Assembly (NCBI GenBank): GCA_002780705.1
Contig: PEUP01000014.1
Coordinates: 327 to 33,552 of the forward strand
Source: Elusimicrobia bacterium CG03_land_8_20_14_0_80_50_18
GTDB lineage: Bacteria > CG03
Length of the DNA: 33,226 nucleotides
Direction of reading: 5' to 3'
Shown here: in pieces, positions 17,845-26,486 of the stretch
Position numbering within the stretch: the first letter of the stretch is position 1
Layout: each line of letters opens with the position of its first letter
Translations under genes and position numbers: made by a program
The notes under the pieces: generated by a model
What the model was told of the DNA's origin: nothing
What the model saw: only the letters and a program-made list of their open reading frames with translations
The model's database searches: none

Positions 17845-18767
17845 AACAGCAGTTTCCTGAAAAATTCCGGCAGCGCGAACGAAGAGCTCTGCGGCACCTC
17901 CGGAACAATTCCTAAAAACCTCTCCATTGGCGTCCTTCCCTCCACTATTTTAACAGGCCCCTTGATCCCCGCCATCGCCTTGGCGGCGTCAATGGCGGCG
18001 TTGAGATTACCGCTTTTGTCAGCAAGACCGTTTTTCATGGCCTGCGCGCCGGTAAACACCTGACCCTGGGCCAGCGCTTTGAGTTTTTCCATGGGGATAT
18101 TCCGTCCGTCCGCCACAGTTTTTAAGAACTGGCCGTAAGCGTCGTCTATCATTTCCTGCAGGAGCTCTCTCTCCTCGCCGGTCATCTCCCTGTAATAAGC
18201 GCCCATGTCCTTGTATTTGCCGCTTTTAACAACATCCGGCTTTATCCCTATCTTTTCAAGCAGTTCCTCCCAGTTTGAAGAGCCCATTATAACACCGATT
18301 GAGCCCGTGATCGTGCCGGGGTTGAGATAGATCGCGTCAGCGACGGAGGCTATGTAATAACCGCCGGATGCGGCGACATCGCCGAGCGAAGCCACTACCG
18401 GGATACCCTCTTCTTTGCATTTCATTATCTCTTCCACGATTTCCTGACAGGCGCCGATGGTTCCGCCCGGAGAATTTATCCTGAGGACAATGGCCCGCAC
18501 CTTTTCCTTTCTGAGAAACGATATCTGTTCCACCCACCTGTCACTGCCCCGCAGGCTGAACAGAGTACTGCCGCCGGGCGGGACAACGGTTATCATACCA
18601 TAAATCTTGACAAGGCCTATTTTGTCTTTCCCCGCGAAGGCCGGAGACTCATCGTGTTCACGCCACTGGCTGAAAAGCGCAGCGAGCACGGAGGCCAGCA
18701 GCAGGAAAAGGAAAGCGTAACTCAGCAGCCTTTCGCCTGGTTTAATGGGAGATGTTTCAGTTGCCAT
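17841..18767 (-). CDS. sppA: Signal peptide peptidase SppA (short form, S49)
   Basis: N-terminal TM, LRINSPGG, AASGGYYIAS, TGSIGV, KSG.YKD. Start placed at ATG 18767 because ATG 18779 overlaps the -10 box. Confidence 0.93.
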   Translation of the reverse strand: MATETSPIKPGERLLSYAFLFLLLASVLAALFSQWREHDESPAFAGKDKIGLVKIYGMITVVPPGGSTLFSLRGSDRWVEQISFLRKEKVRAIVLRINSPGGTIGACQEIVEEIMKCKEEGIPVVASLGDVAASGGYYIASVADAIYLNPGTITGSIGVIMGSSNWEELLEKIGIKPDVVKSGKYKDMGAYYREMTGEERELLQEMIDDAYGQFLKTVADGRNIPMEKLKALAQGQVFTGAQAMKNGLADKSGNLNAAIDAAKAMAGIKGPVKIVEGRTPMERFLGIVPEVPQSSSFALPEFFRKLLL

Positions 18768-18777
18768 AATATGCACC

Positions 18778-18806
18778 ATTCTACGAAACTATTTTACTTT
18801 TTGCAA
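18778..18806 (-). promoter_or_regulatory. Sigma70-type promoter of the sppA-argCJ-tsaC-glyA-wecAB unit
   Basis: TTGCAA (18806-18801), 17-nt spacer, TAGAAT (18783-18778) in an AT-rich divergent gap. Confidence 0.65.
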
Positions 18807-18829
18807 CTTATTTGTTAAATCATAAGCCG

Positions 18830-18911
18830 GCCGGAGTGGTGAAACTGGCAGACACGCATGGCTTAGGACCATGTGCCTCAGGGCTTGGAGGTTCGAGTCC
18901 TCTCTCCGGCA
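18830..18911 (+). tRNA. tRNA-Leu(UAG), CCA not encoded
   Basis: Acceptor GCCGGAG/CTCCGGC plus discriminator A. Anticodon arm CATGG-CTTAGGA-CCATG. Long variable arm. T-loop GTTCGAGTC. Confidence 0.97.
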
Positions 18912-18997
18912 AAACTGTGTATTTGTTTGCAGGAGCGGCAGATTTTGGAACACGCGGGCCGTAATTCGAGCCGCGAAAACATAACGGAGGTTATTAA

Positions 18998-20197
18998 GTG
19001 GAAGGCGTAAAAATTTCGGAAAAAAGCAAAACAGTAAAACAGTTGAATTTCATAATAGATGAGCAGAGCGCCGCCGCGTCGCGAAAACACGCGCTTCAGC
19101 GTATAGGCAGATCAGTGCGGATAGAAGGTTTCCGCTCGGGTAAAGCTCCTGCCGCTCTCATAGAAAAGAATTTCGGCGAGGACATCAAAAACGCCCGGGA
19201 GAGCTATCTTCTGTCCGACAAAGTCTATAAGGCATGTGACGAGCATAAAATAATCCCGGTCGCGCCGGCCAAACTCACCGAATTCAAATGGGACGGGGAT
19301 ATGCCCGTAAAATTCTCAGTGGAAGTGGAAGTAATGCCCGAATTTGATGTGAGCGGCTACAAAAAAATAAGCATCAAGGAACCGGCGACTGCCGTAAGCG
19401 GCGAGGAAGCGGAGAAAGCCCTGCAAAGCCTCCGGGAAAAGGCCTTCTCACTGGAAAAAACAGAACTCTCAAAAGCCGAAAAAGGCATGTTCATCAAATA
19501 TGACCTTGAGGTGACGCACAACGGAGAAGTCCTGAAAAAAATGAGCAGGAAGAATCTCACGGCTGAGCTGGATGAGAAGAAGATATTTCCGCCTCTCTGG
19601 CCGGCCATACTTAAGCTCAAAAAAGGTGAGGCAGGGGATATTAAATTCACCGCGGATAAAGACTTTAAGCCCGCGGAATTCGCCGGAAAGGAATTGGGCT
19701 ACCGCACACTCATCACCGAAATCCTTGAGAAAAAGCTCCCTGAGCTCGATAACAGTTTCGCTTCGCTTTTCGGGGCAAAAGATCTCGGAGAGCTCCGGGA
19801 ATCGCTCAAAAAACGCATGGCCCTGGAAAAAGAAGCGGAGAAACACAGGAGCGTGAGGGAGCAGATATCCGCGGCTCTGCTGAAAAAAAATAATTTTGAG
19901 CTGCCCGCGTCCCTGGTAGAACAGGAAAAAAAATCATTGAGTGAACATTTGAGTAAACAGTACCCCGGTGAAGACCTAAAAAATTTCCAGGCTCAGATAG
20001 AGAAAACAGCCAACGAGAATCTGAGGATATCTCTGATCCTCGGAAAAATCGCGGAAAAGGAAAAAATAACGGTTACGGAAGAAGAAATGAAAGAGAAGCT
20101 CGGAAAAAATTATTCGCCGAAACACGGTGGAATGAAAGAGGCGATGTTGACTGACAAAATTTTTGATTTTATAATAGGGGAGGGTAATATAAAATGA
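18998..20197 (+). CDS. tig: Trigger factor
   Basis: Ribosome-binding motif [17 protein letters not shown]. tRNA-Leu-tig-clpP synteny. SD GGAGG before the GTG start. Confidence 0.92.
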   Translation: MEGVKISEKSKTVKQLNFIIDEQSAAASRKHALQRIGRSVRIEGFRSGKAPAALIEKNFGEDIKNARESYLLSDKVYKACDEHKIIPVAPAKLTEFKWDGDMPVKFSVEVEVMPEFDVSGYKKISIKEPATAVSGEEAEKALQSLREKAFSLEKTELSKAEKGMFIKYDLEVTHNGEVLKKMSRKNLTAELDEKKIFPPLWPAILKLKKGEAGDIKFTADKDFKPAEFAGKELGYRTLITEILEKKLPELDNSFASLFGAKDLGELRESLKKRMALEKEAEKHRSVREQISAALLKKNNFELPASLVEQEKKSLSEHLSKQYPGEDLKNFQAQIEKTANENLRISLILGKIAEKEKITVTEEEMKEKLGKNYSPKHGGMKEAMLTDKIFDFIIGEGNIK

Positions 20198-20790
20198 ACG
20201 CTCACTCAATGCTCATTCCCATGGTGGTGGAGGCAAGCAGCCGGGGCGAAAGGGCCTACGATATTTTTTCGCGCCTGCTCAAGGAAAGAATAATATTTCT
20301 CGGCTCGCCCATTGACGACGGCGTGGCTAATCTCATCATAGCCCAGCTGTTATTCCTTGAATCACAGGATAAGGAAAAAGAAATTTCAATATACATCAAC
20401 AATCCCGGCGGCATCGTCACCAGCGGGCTCGCTATTCTGGACACGATGAACTTCATACACAATCCAATCGCCACATACTGCCTCGGACAGGCGGCATCCA
20501 TGGCGGCTGTGATACTCGCCTGCGGCATTAAAGGCAAACGCCGGGCTCTGCCCAACGCCCGGATAATGATACACCAGCCTCTGGGCGGGGTACAGGGCCA
20601 GGCGACCGACATAGGTATCCAGGCCAAAGAAATACTCCGGATGAAACAGCATCTGAACGAGATACTCGCCAGAGCCACAGGCCACGACATTGACAAAATA
20701 GAAGAAGACACGGAGAGAGATTATTTTATGACAGCCGACGAGGCTCTCGCCTACGGTATTGTCGATGAAGTGATCAAAGACAGGAAGTGA
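20194..20790 (+). CDS. clpP: ATP-dependent Clp protease proteolytic subunit
   Basis: [33 protein letters not shown] (Ser), MIHQP (His), ERD (Asp). Confidence 0.98.
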   Translation: MNAHSMLIPMVVEASSRGERAYDIFSRLLKERIIFLGSPIDDGVANLIIAQLLFLESQDKEKEISIYINNPGGIVTSGLAILDTMNFIHNPIATYCLGQAASMAAVILACGIKGKRRALPNARIMIHQPLGGVQGQATDIGIQAKEILRMKQHLNEILARATGHDIDKIEEDTERDYFMTADEALAYGIVDEVIKDRK

Positions 20791-20804
20791 CCGGAGGTTA
20801 TAGC

Positions 20805-23186
20805 ATGATTTACACAGACATACCGGTGATAGCGGTAAAGGACACAGTTATTCTTCCCTTCAACAGAATGCCTATTTTTGTGGGCAGGGAAAAATCAAAG
20901 AAAGCGCTTGAAAAAGCCATGGAGGGAGACAAATACATCTTTTTCACCGCTCAGAAAAATCCCAAAAAAGATGACCCCCAGTTCGCTGATATTTACAGCG
21001 TGGGCTGCGTGGGCAAGATACTCCAGTCAATCAAGGATAATTCCGGAGGATATAAGATACTGATCGAAGGGATTGAGCGCGCTACACTTGAATCCCTTTC
21101 CGACAGCGACGGCCCGTGGACGGGAAACATCACAGCTCTGCCCCTCAAATTGCCGGTGTCCCCGAAGACAGACGCTCTTTTTGAGGCGCTGATAGGCGAG
21201 TTTAAGAAATACAGCGAACTGGCCGGAAAAATACCGAAAGAGATCATAGATGACATACTTTCCATAAACGAGCCGGCAAAAATAATATACCTGATTATCG
21301 GCTATATGCCCGTGCGATTGGCGGAAAAACAGAAGCTGCTTGAGAACAACAACCCCGGTGACCTGGTGATGAAACTCATAAAAATGCTCGTTTCCGAGCG
21401 GGAATTCATGCTGGTGAAAAAAGACATACACGAGAAAGTGCACAGCAAGATACAGAAAAATCAGCGTGAATATTTCCTCTCTGAAGAAATGAAGACGATT
21501 GAACAGGAGCTGAATAAAAACAGTCCGAACAAAGAATACGCGGATTACCTGAAGAAAATTAAAGAAGCCGGAATGCCCGGGGCGGCGAAAAAACAGGTGG
21601 AAGAAGAGCTTGACAGACTGTCAAAGATGATGCCCTATTCCCCCGAATCCACGGTTGTGCGCACCTACATAGACTGGATGATATCCATGCCATGGAACAA
21701 AAAAACCACGGACAACATGAGCATTGACAATGTGCAGAAGGTGCTTGAGGCCGAGCACTGGGGCCTCAAAAAATCAAAAGAAAGGGTGCTTGAATATCTG
21801 GCCGTTTGTAAATTGAACAAGAAGATAAAGGGCCCCATTCTATGTTTCACCGGCCCCCCCGGCACGGGAAAAACTTCCTTTGCCCGCTCCATAGCGCGAT
21901 CCATGGAAAGAGAATTTGTCAGGATTTCGCTGGGCGGGGTGAGAGATGAGGCCGAGATACGCGGCCACCGCAGAACATACATAGGTTCAATGCCCGGCAA
22001 GATAATACAGTCACTTAGGAAAGCGGGCTCAAAGAACCCTGTTTTCCTGATAGACGAGATAGACAAGATCGGACAGGATTTCCGGGGCGACCCTTCCTCG
22101 GCGCTGCTTGAGGTGCTGGACCCCGAACAGAACAACAGCTTCTCCGACCATTATCTTGACACTCCCTTTGACCTCTCCGATATAATGTTCATCACCACGG
22201 CCAACACCACCTACACGATCATACCCGCGCTGAAGGACAGAATGGAAATCATAGAGTTTCCCAGCTACACCCAGCCGGAAAAGATGGGCATAGCCAAGAA
22301 TTTCCTCATACCGAAACAGATAAAGGAAAACGGACTGACAAACTATAATATCTCGTTCACTGATTCGGCTGTCGAGTACCTGATAGACTCTTACACACAG
22401 GAGGCCGGCGTCAGAAACCTTGAGAGACAGATAGCGACGGTGCTGAGGAAAACAGCCAGAAAACTTGTTCAGAAAAAATTAAAAAGCCCCGTTAAAATAG
22501 ATCATCAAATCGTGCGGGAGCTCCTCGGATACGAAAAACACAGGCATGATGAGGGCAAGGTGAACAGTGTCGGCATCGTCTGCGGCCTGGCCTGGACAGA
22601 GGTCGGCGGAGAAGTGATAAGCGTTGAGACCGTGCTCATGAAGGGAAAAGGAAACCTCATACTGACCGGACAGCTCGGCGAGATCATGAAGGAATCCGCC
22701 CAGGCGGCGGTTTCATATCTGCGGGCGAACGCGAAAAAGCTTGGAATACCCGAGAACTTCATGAAAAACAGCGATGTCCACATACATGTCCCCGAGGGAG
22801 CCATACCCAAAGACGGCCCTTCCGCGGGCATCACGATAGCGATATCGCTTGTGTCGGCTATCCTCAAACAACCGGTCAGAAAAGACCTGGCCATGACGGG
22901 AGAGATAACGCTTTCCGGAAGGGTGCTGCCCATAGGCGGGCTGAAAGAAAAAGCTCTCGCGGCGTTCCGGGAAAAAATCAAAACCATTATCATCCCTGAC
23001 AAGAACAAAGCCGAGGTGGAGGAATTCTCCGATAATGTAAAGAAAGGCCTTGACATCATAGCTGTGAAAACAATAGACGAGGTCATAAAAGCGGCCATAG
23101 ACAGGCCGGCAAGGCCGAAGAAAAAAGCTGAACCCGAATCGACGGGACCGGAAAAAGTAAAAGCCTCGGCCCACGCCAGGGCATAA
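20805..23186 (+). CDS. lon: Lon protease (LonA)
   Basis: Walker A GPPGTGKT, Walker B LIDEIDK, RGHRRTYIG, PKDGPSAG, IGGLKEK. ATG 20805 has SD GGAGG (alternative GTG at 20787). Confidence 0.98.
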   Translation: MIYTDIPVIAVKDTVILPFNRMPIFVGREKSKKALEKAMEGDKYIFFTAQKNPKKDDPQFADIYSVGCVGKILQSIKDNSGGYKILIEGIERATLESLSDSDGPWTGNITALPLKLPVSPKTDALFEALIGEFKKYSELAGKIPKEIIDDILSINEPAKIIYLIIGYMPVRLAEKQKLLENNNPGDLVMKLIKMLVSEREFMLVKKDIHEKVHSKIQKNQREYFLSEEMKTIEQELNKNSPNKEYADYLKKIKEAGMPGAAKKQVEEELDRLSKMMPYSPESTVVRTYIDWMISMPWNKKTTDNMSIDNVQKVLEAEHWGLKKSKERVLEYLAVCKLNKKIKGPILCFTGPPGTGKTSFARSIARSMEREFVRISLGGVRDEAEIRGHRRTYIGSMPGKIIQSLRKAGSKNPVFLIDEIDKIGQDFRGDPSSALLEVLDPEQNNSFSDHYLDTPFDLSDIMFITTANTTYTIIPALKDRMEIIEFPSYTQPEKMGIAKNFLIPKQIKENGLTNYNISFTDSAVEYLIDSYTQEAGVRNLERQIATVLRKTARKLVQKKLKSPVKIDHQIVRELLGYEKHRHDEGKVNSVGIVCGLAWTEVGGEVISVETVLMKGKGNLILTGQLGEIMKESAQAAVSYLRANAKKLGIPENFMKNSDVHIHVPEGAIPKDGPSAGITIAISLVSAILKQPVRKDLAMTGEITLSGRVLPIGGLKEKALAAFREKIKTIIIPDKNKAEVEEFSDNVKKGLDIIAVKTIDEVIKAAIDRPARPKKKAEPESTGPEKVKASAHARA

Positions 23187-23190
23187 GTAA

Positions 23191-23217
23191 TGCAGGAGGG
23201 ACTTTCCAGTCCCGATA
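23191..23217 (+). repeat. Third REP-like copy downstream of lon
   Basis: TGCAGGA-GGGACT-TTCC-AGTCCC-GATA, 25/27 identical to the 10741-10767 copy. Confidence 0.8.
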
Positions 23218-23236
23218 ATAAAAAAGGAGCAAGTTA

Positions 23237-24373
23237 ATGAAAAAGGAAATCCTGTTTTCACCGGGGCCCACAAATGTGCCCTCGGAGATCCTGTTGGAAG
23301 GCGCGAAAAGGACCATCCACCACCGCACCAAAGCTTTCACGGCAATGCTGGAAAAGGCGGAAAAAGGCCTGGCCGGAGCTTTTGACACCAAGGGCGATGT
23401 TTACATTCTCACTTCTTCCGGAAGCGGCGGGATGGAGACGGCTGTCGTCAATTTTCTATCCCGCAACGACAATGTGCTAATACTCAACACCGGAGCTTTC
23501 GGCAGAAGATGGGCCAATATAGTGAAGGCCTACGGCATTATGGCGGATGTGCTGGAATATCCGTGGGGAGAGTCCTTTAAGCTGCGGGATGTGGAAGCAA
23601 AGCTCAAGGATAAAAAATATAAAGCCGTCCTCTGCCAGCTGGGAGAAACCTCAACTGGAACCGTCAACGACATCAAAGCCCTCGGCGGCATAATGCCCAA
23701 GGACACTCTTCTCATCGTTGATGCCGTAAGCAGCCTGATGACGGAAGAATTCCACATGGACAAATGGAATGTGGATATCTGTGTGAGCGGCTCGCAGAAA
23801 GGCCTTATGATGCCTCCGGGACTCGCTTTCATCGCTTTGCGAAAAGGCCTTGATGCAGAACTGGGCAAAGGTGATCTGCCGAGTTTTTATTTTTCGCTCG
23901 TACATGCGAAAGCTTCCAGAGAAAAAGGCCAGACGCCCTGGACGCCGGCCGTCAACCTAATCTACCAGCTCAACAAGGCGCTTGAGATGCTTAAAGAAGA
24001 GGGTCTGGACAATGTCATCCAGCGCCACAAAGACATGGCCTCCATCGCCCGCAAAACAGTCGTTGAAATGGGCCTGGAACTTTTTTCGTCGGCCCCTTCA
24101 AACGGCATCACGGCTGTCAAAGTGCCGGAGGGAATGGACGGTTCAAAACTCATAGAGCACATCTGTGAAAAATACGGTGTGAGATTCGCCAACGGCCAGA
24201 GGGAATACAAGGGAAAAATCATCAGGATAGCGCACATGGGTTATGTGACTGTCCCCGATATACTCATGGCTCTAAACTGCCTGTGGCTGGGGCTCAAAAA
24301 ATACGGCTTTAAAGCCCGCCCGGGCGCGATCATCACCGCTCTTGAAACCGCCGCCGGGCTGGACAACAAATAA
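23237..24373 (+). CDS. Class V PLP aminotransferase (alanine-glyoxylate/serine-pyruvate family)
   Basis: PGPT, HHR, SGSG.ME, G.FG.RW, ETSTG, VDAVSS, SGSQKG.M.PPGL, TPWTP, RIAHMG. Confidence 0.93.
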   Translation: MKKEILFSPGPTNVPSEILLEGAKRTIHHRTKAFTAMLEKAEKGLAGAFDTKGDVYILTSSGSGGMETAVVNFLSRNDNVLILNTGAFGRRWANIVKAYGIMADVLEYPWGESFKLRDVEAKLKDKKYKAVLCQLGETSTGTVNDIKALGGIMPKDTLLIVDAVSSLMTEEFHMDKWNVDICVSGSQKGLMMPPGLAFIALRKGLDAELGKGDLPSFYFSLVHAKASREKGQTPWTPAVNLIYQLNKALEMLKEEGLDNVIQRHKDMASIARKTVVEMGLELFSSAPSNGITAVKVPEGMDGSKLIEHICEKYGVRFANGQREYKGKIIRIAHMGYVTVPDILMALNCLWLGLKKYGFKARPGAIITALETAAGLDNK

Positions 24374-24405
24374 ACTCAGTAGAAGCAGCATCCGCCGCGC
24401 TCGCG

Positions 24406-24852
24406 TTAAAAAATAAATTGAACGCGGACGACGGGCGGAGATATTTTTTCGCCGGAACCGAACACAATGGTTTTGCGGACAATCCGCGGGAATAATCCCA
24501 GAATATTTGTCTTCTTTTCATAGACGGCGGCTTTGGGCTGGGGGGCTTTTCCCCGTATGATTTCAGTTTTCAGAACTTCAAGGCCGGGCGGGAAATGAGC
24601 GGCGAAGCGGCTGAAAATTATATCCCCCGGATAATCGTTTATGAGTTTCACATCTATGTATTCGCAGAGAGATTCCACGCCCAGAGAGAGCGCGGGCGAT
24701 GAGGAAAACTTGAGCTTTCTCTTGTAACCCTGGCCCGTCACAAAATCAAGGCCCGTCCTGCGCAGAGCCATGTCTATGTGCATCATTGTGTCCAGATGGC
24801 CCATCAGCACAAAGCTGCCCGTCTTGGAATATGTGATCCTTATTTTTATCAT
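24406..24852 (-). CDS. Radical SAM-linked protein (TIGR03936/DUF2344-like), short
   Basis: RITYSK.G....GHLD, ALRR.G....QGY, AL.LGVES.CEY.D. Directly downstream of the radical SAM gene. Confidence 0.8.
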   Translation of the reverse strand: MIKIRITYSKTGSFVLMGHLDTMMHIDMALRRTGLDFVTGQGYKRKLKFSSSPALSLGVESLCEYIDVKLINDYPGDIIFSRFAAHFPPGLEVLKTEIIRGKAPQPKAAVYEKKTNILGLFPRIVRKTIVFGSGEKISPPVVRVQFIF

Positions 24853-26471
24853 CTGCCTTCTATGAGATGCTTCACCTGATTGTAATCTTCTTCAAGCTCT
24901 TTTCGCGGCGCTATGTCTATTTTTTCCCAGGGAAGCGCGCCCTTTGAAAAATCCCTGCGGGCGTAAGAGTCCGCGTTCAGCCCCGCCTCTTCCAGCACTT
25001 TTATTTTTTCGGCGGAACTGTCTGTAAAAACAGCCGGCAAGCCTGAAAGAATCCCTCCGAGCCGCGCGTCACCGCGGGATAAGACGCTCTCCAAAAGAGC
25101 GTCTTCCACCGAGGGATGGCGAATATCAACACCCCTCAACTCCATTTTGAATCTTTTGAGTTTCTCCGCCATTTCGCCCGGGTTCCATAGAGGCACTCTC
25201 TCAAAGGGCGTGTGCGCGGCGGGAACAAAGGGAGAAAGTGTGAGCGTCACCTTCAAGCCTGTTTTTCTTATCTTTTTCACGGCCCTTATGTTTTCATCAA
25301 TGTCCGCGTCCGTCTCGCCGGGAAGGCCCAGCATCAGATATATTTTTACATCCCTGAAACCGGCGGCTTTGATATCTCTCATCATCCGCTCAAATTCGTC
25401 GGGCGGGGTTATTTTTCCTATTATCTCCTGCATGCGGGGTGAGAAAGTCTCCGGCGCGAAAGTCAGATTCACCTGGTTGAGAGGGAGTATCTTCATGACA
25501 CAGTCAATGGATCTCCTCTCCGGCCGCAGCGACGGTATTTGCAGTGATATACCCCGCTTCCTCAAAAACGGTATTATGCTCTCAACGACTTCTCCGATGT
25601 GCGGATATTGCGGACTGCTCAGAGAGCTCAGCGACAAACCTTTCCAGCCCGTGTTCGCGAGAGAGGCAAATATTATTTCTTTGAGCTCCTCAAGCGGCCT
25701 CACGCGCAGGGGAGAATAAAACCTTTTAGCCTCGCAAAAACGGCAGTTGTTGGGGCAGCCCCTCATCACCTCTATATCCAGCCTGTCCTGTAAAGTCCTT
25801 ATGTTGGGAATAACGGGTTTGAGGGGATAATACTCACTCTTAAGGGGGCAATGCACTTTTTTCACGCCGCGGCTTTCGCCGGGAACATAAACCCCTTCAA
25901 TGACCGCGAGCGCTTTCTTAACAGAAGCGCCTGCTGAGCCGGAAGAGGCGAGCGTATCCAGCATTTTTTCTATCACTTCTTCGCCGTCACCGACTATAAA
26001 AGCGTCAAAGAAATCCTCAACCGGCACAAAATTGGAAACACCCGGGCCGCCGGCGATGATGAGCGGATATGAGCCGTCGCGGCCGGTGACTGGGATACCC
26101 ATAAGGGCGAAAAGCCCGGGAAGATCAAAAAAACAGCCCTTCGCCGGAAGAGTGATCCCCACCAGATCAAATTCCCGCGCCGCGCGGCCGGATTCAAGCG
26201 ACAGAAATTTTTCTTTTCCCGAAACTATGGCCTCTCTCATATCAGACTCGGGCATGAAAGCGCGCTCGCAGAGGCTGTCTGTCCGGGAATTGATGATATG
26301 GTATAGAACGCTCATACCCAGCGACGACGCTCCCATCTGATAAACGGCGGGGCTGACAATAAGCGCCTTCAAAGGCGTTTTATTCCAGTCTTTTTTTATG
26401 GAAAACATCTCCCCGCCCGCGTACTGCGCCGGACGCTCATAAGTGAGCAGATTTTTAATTCTTTTTTCCAA
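24849..26471 (-). CDS. Radical SAM protein, TIGR03960-like (B12-binding-type N-terminal region)
   Basis: P..Y.GGE, CERAF.P, IAGGP, GDGEE, EVMRGCPNNCRFC (CxxxCxxC), LSSLSS, PSLR, LTFAPE, Y.MLGLP.ET..D, FVP..HTPF. Confidence 0.9.
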   Translation of the reverse strand: MEKRIKNLLTYERPAQYAGGEMFSIKKDWNKTPLKALIVSPAVYQMGASSLGMSVLYHIINSRTDSLCERAFMPESDMREAIVSGKEKFLSLESGRAAREFDLVGITLPAKGCFFDLPGLFALMGIPVTGRDGSYPLIIAGGPGVSNFVPVEDFFDAFIVGDGEEVIEKMLDTLASSGSAGASVKKALAVIEGVYVPGESRGVKKVHCPLKSEYYPLKPVIPNIRTLQDRLDIEVMRGCPNNCRFCEAKRFYSPLRVRPLEELKEIIFASLANTGWKGLSLSSLSSPQYPHIGEVVESIIPFLRKRGISLQIPSLRPERRSIDCVMKILPLNQVNLTFAPETFSPRMQEIIGKITPPDEFERMMRDIKAAGFRDVKIYLMLGLPGETDADIDENIRAVKKIRKTGLKVTLTLSPFVPAAHTPFERVPLWNPGEMAEKLKRFKMELRGVDIRHPSVEDALLESVLSRGDARLGGILSGLPAVFTDSSAEKIKVLEEAGLNADSYARRDFSKGALPWEKIDIAPRKELEEDYNQVKHLIEGR

Positions 26472-26486
26472 GATATTCCCTGTTAT

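Noticed and set aside
18830-18997. tRNA-Leu as an integration site
   Set aside because: No integrase or duplicated tRNA 3' end is seen, and the native tRNA-tig-clpP synteny is intact.
20392-20412. ClpP INNPGG instead of the usual INSPGG
   Set aside because: A single non-catalytic substitution. The Ser-His-Asp triad is intact.
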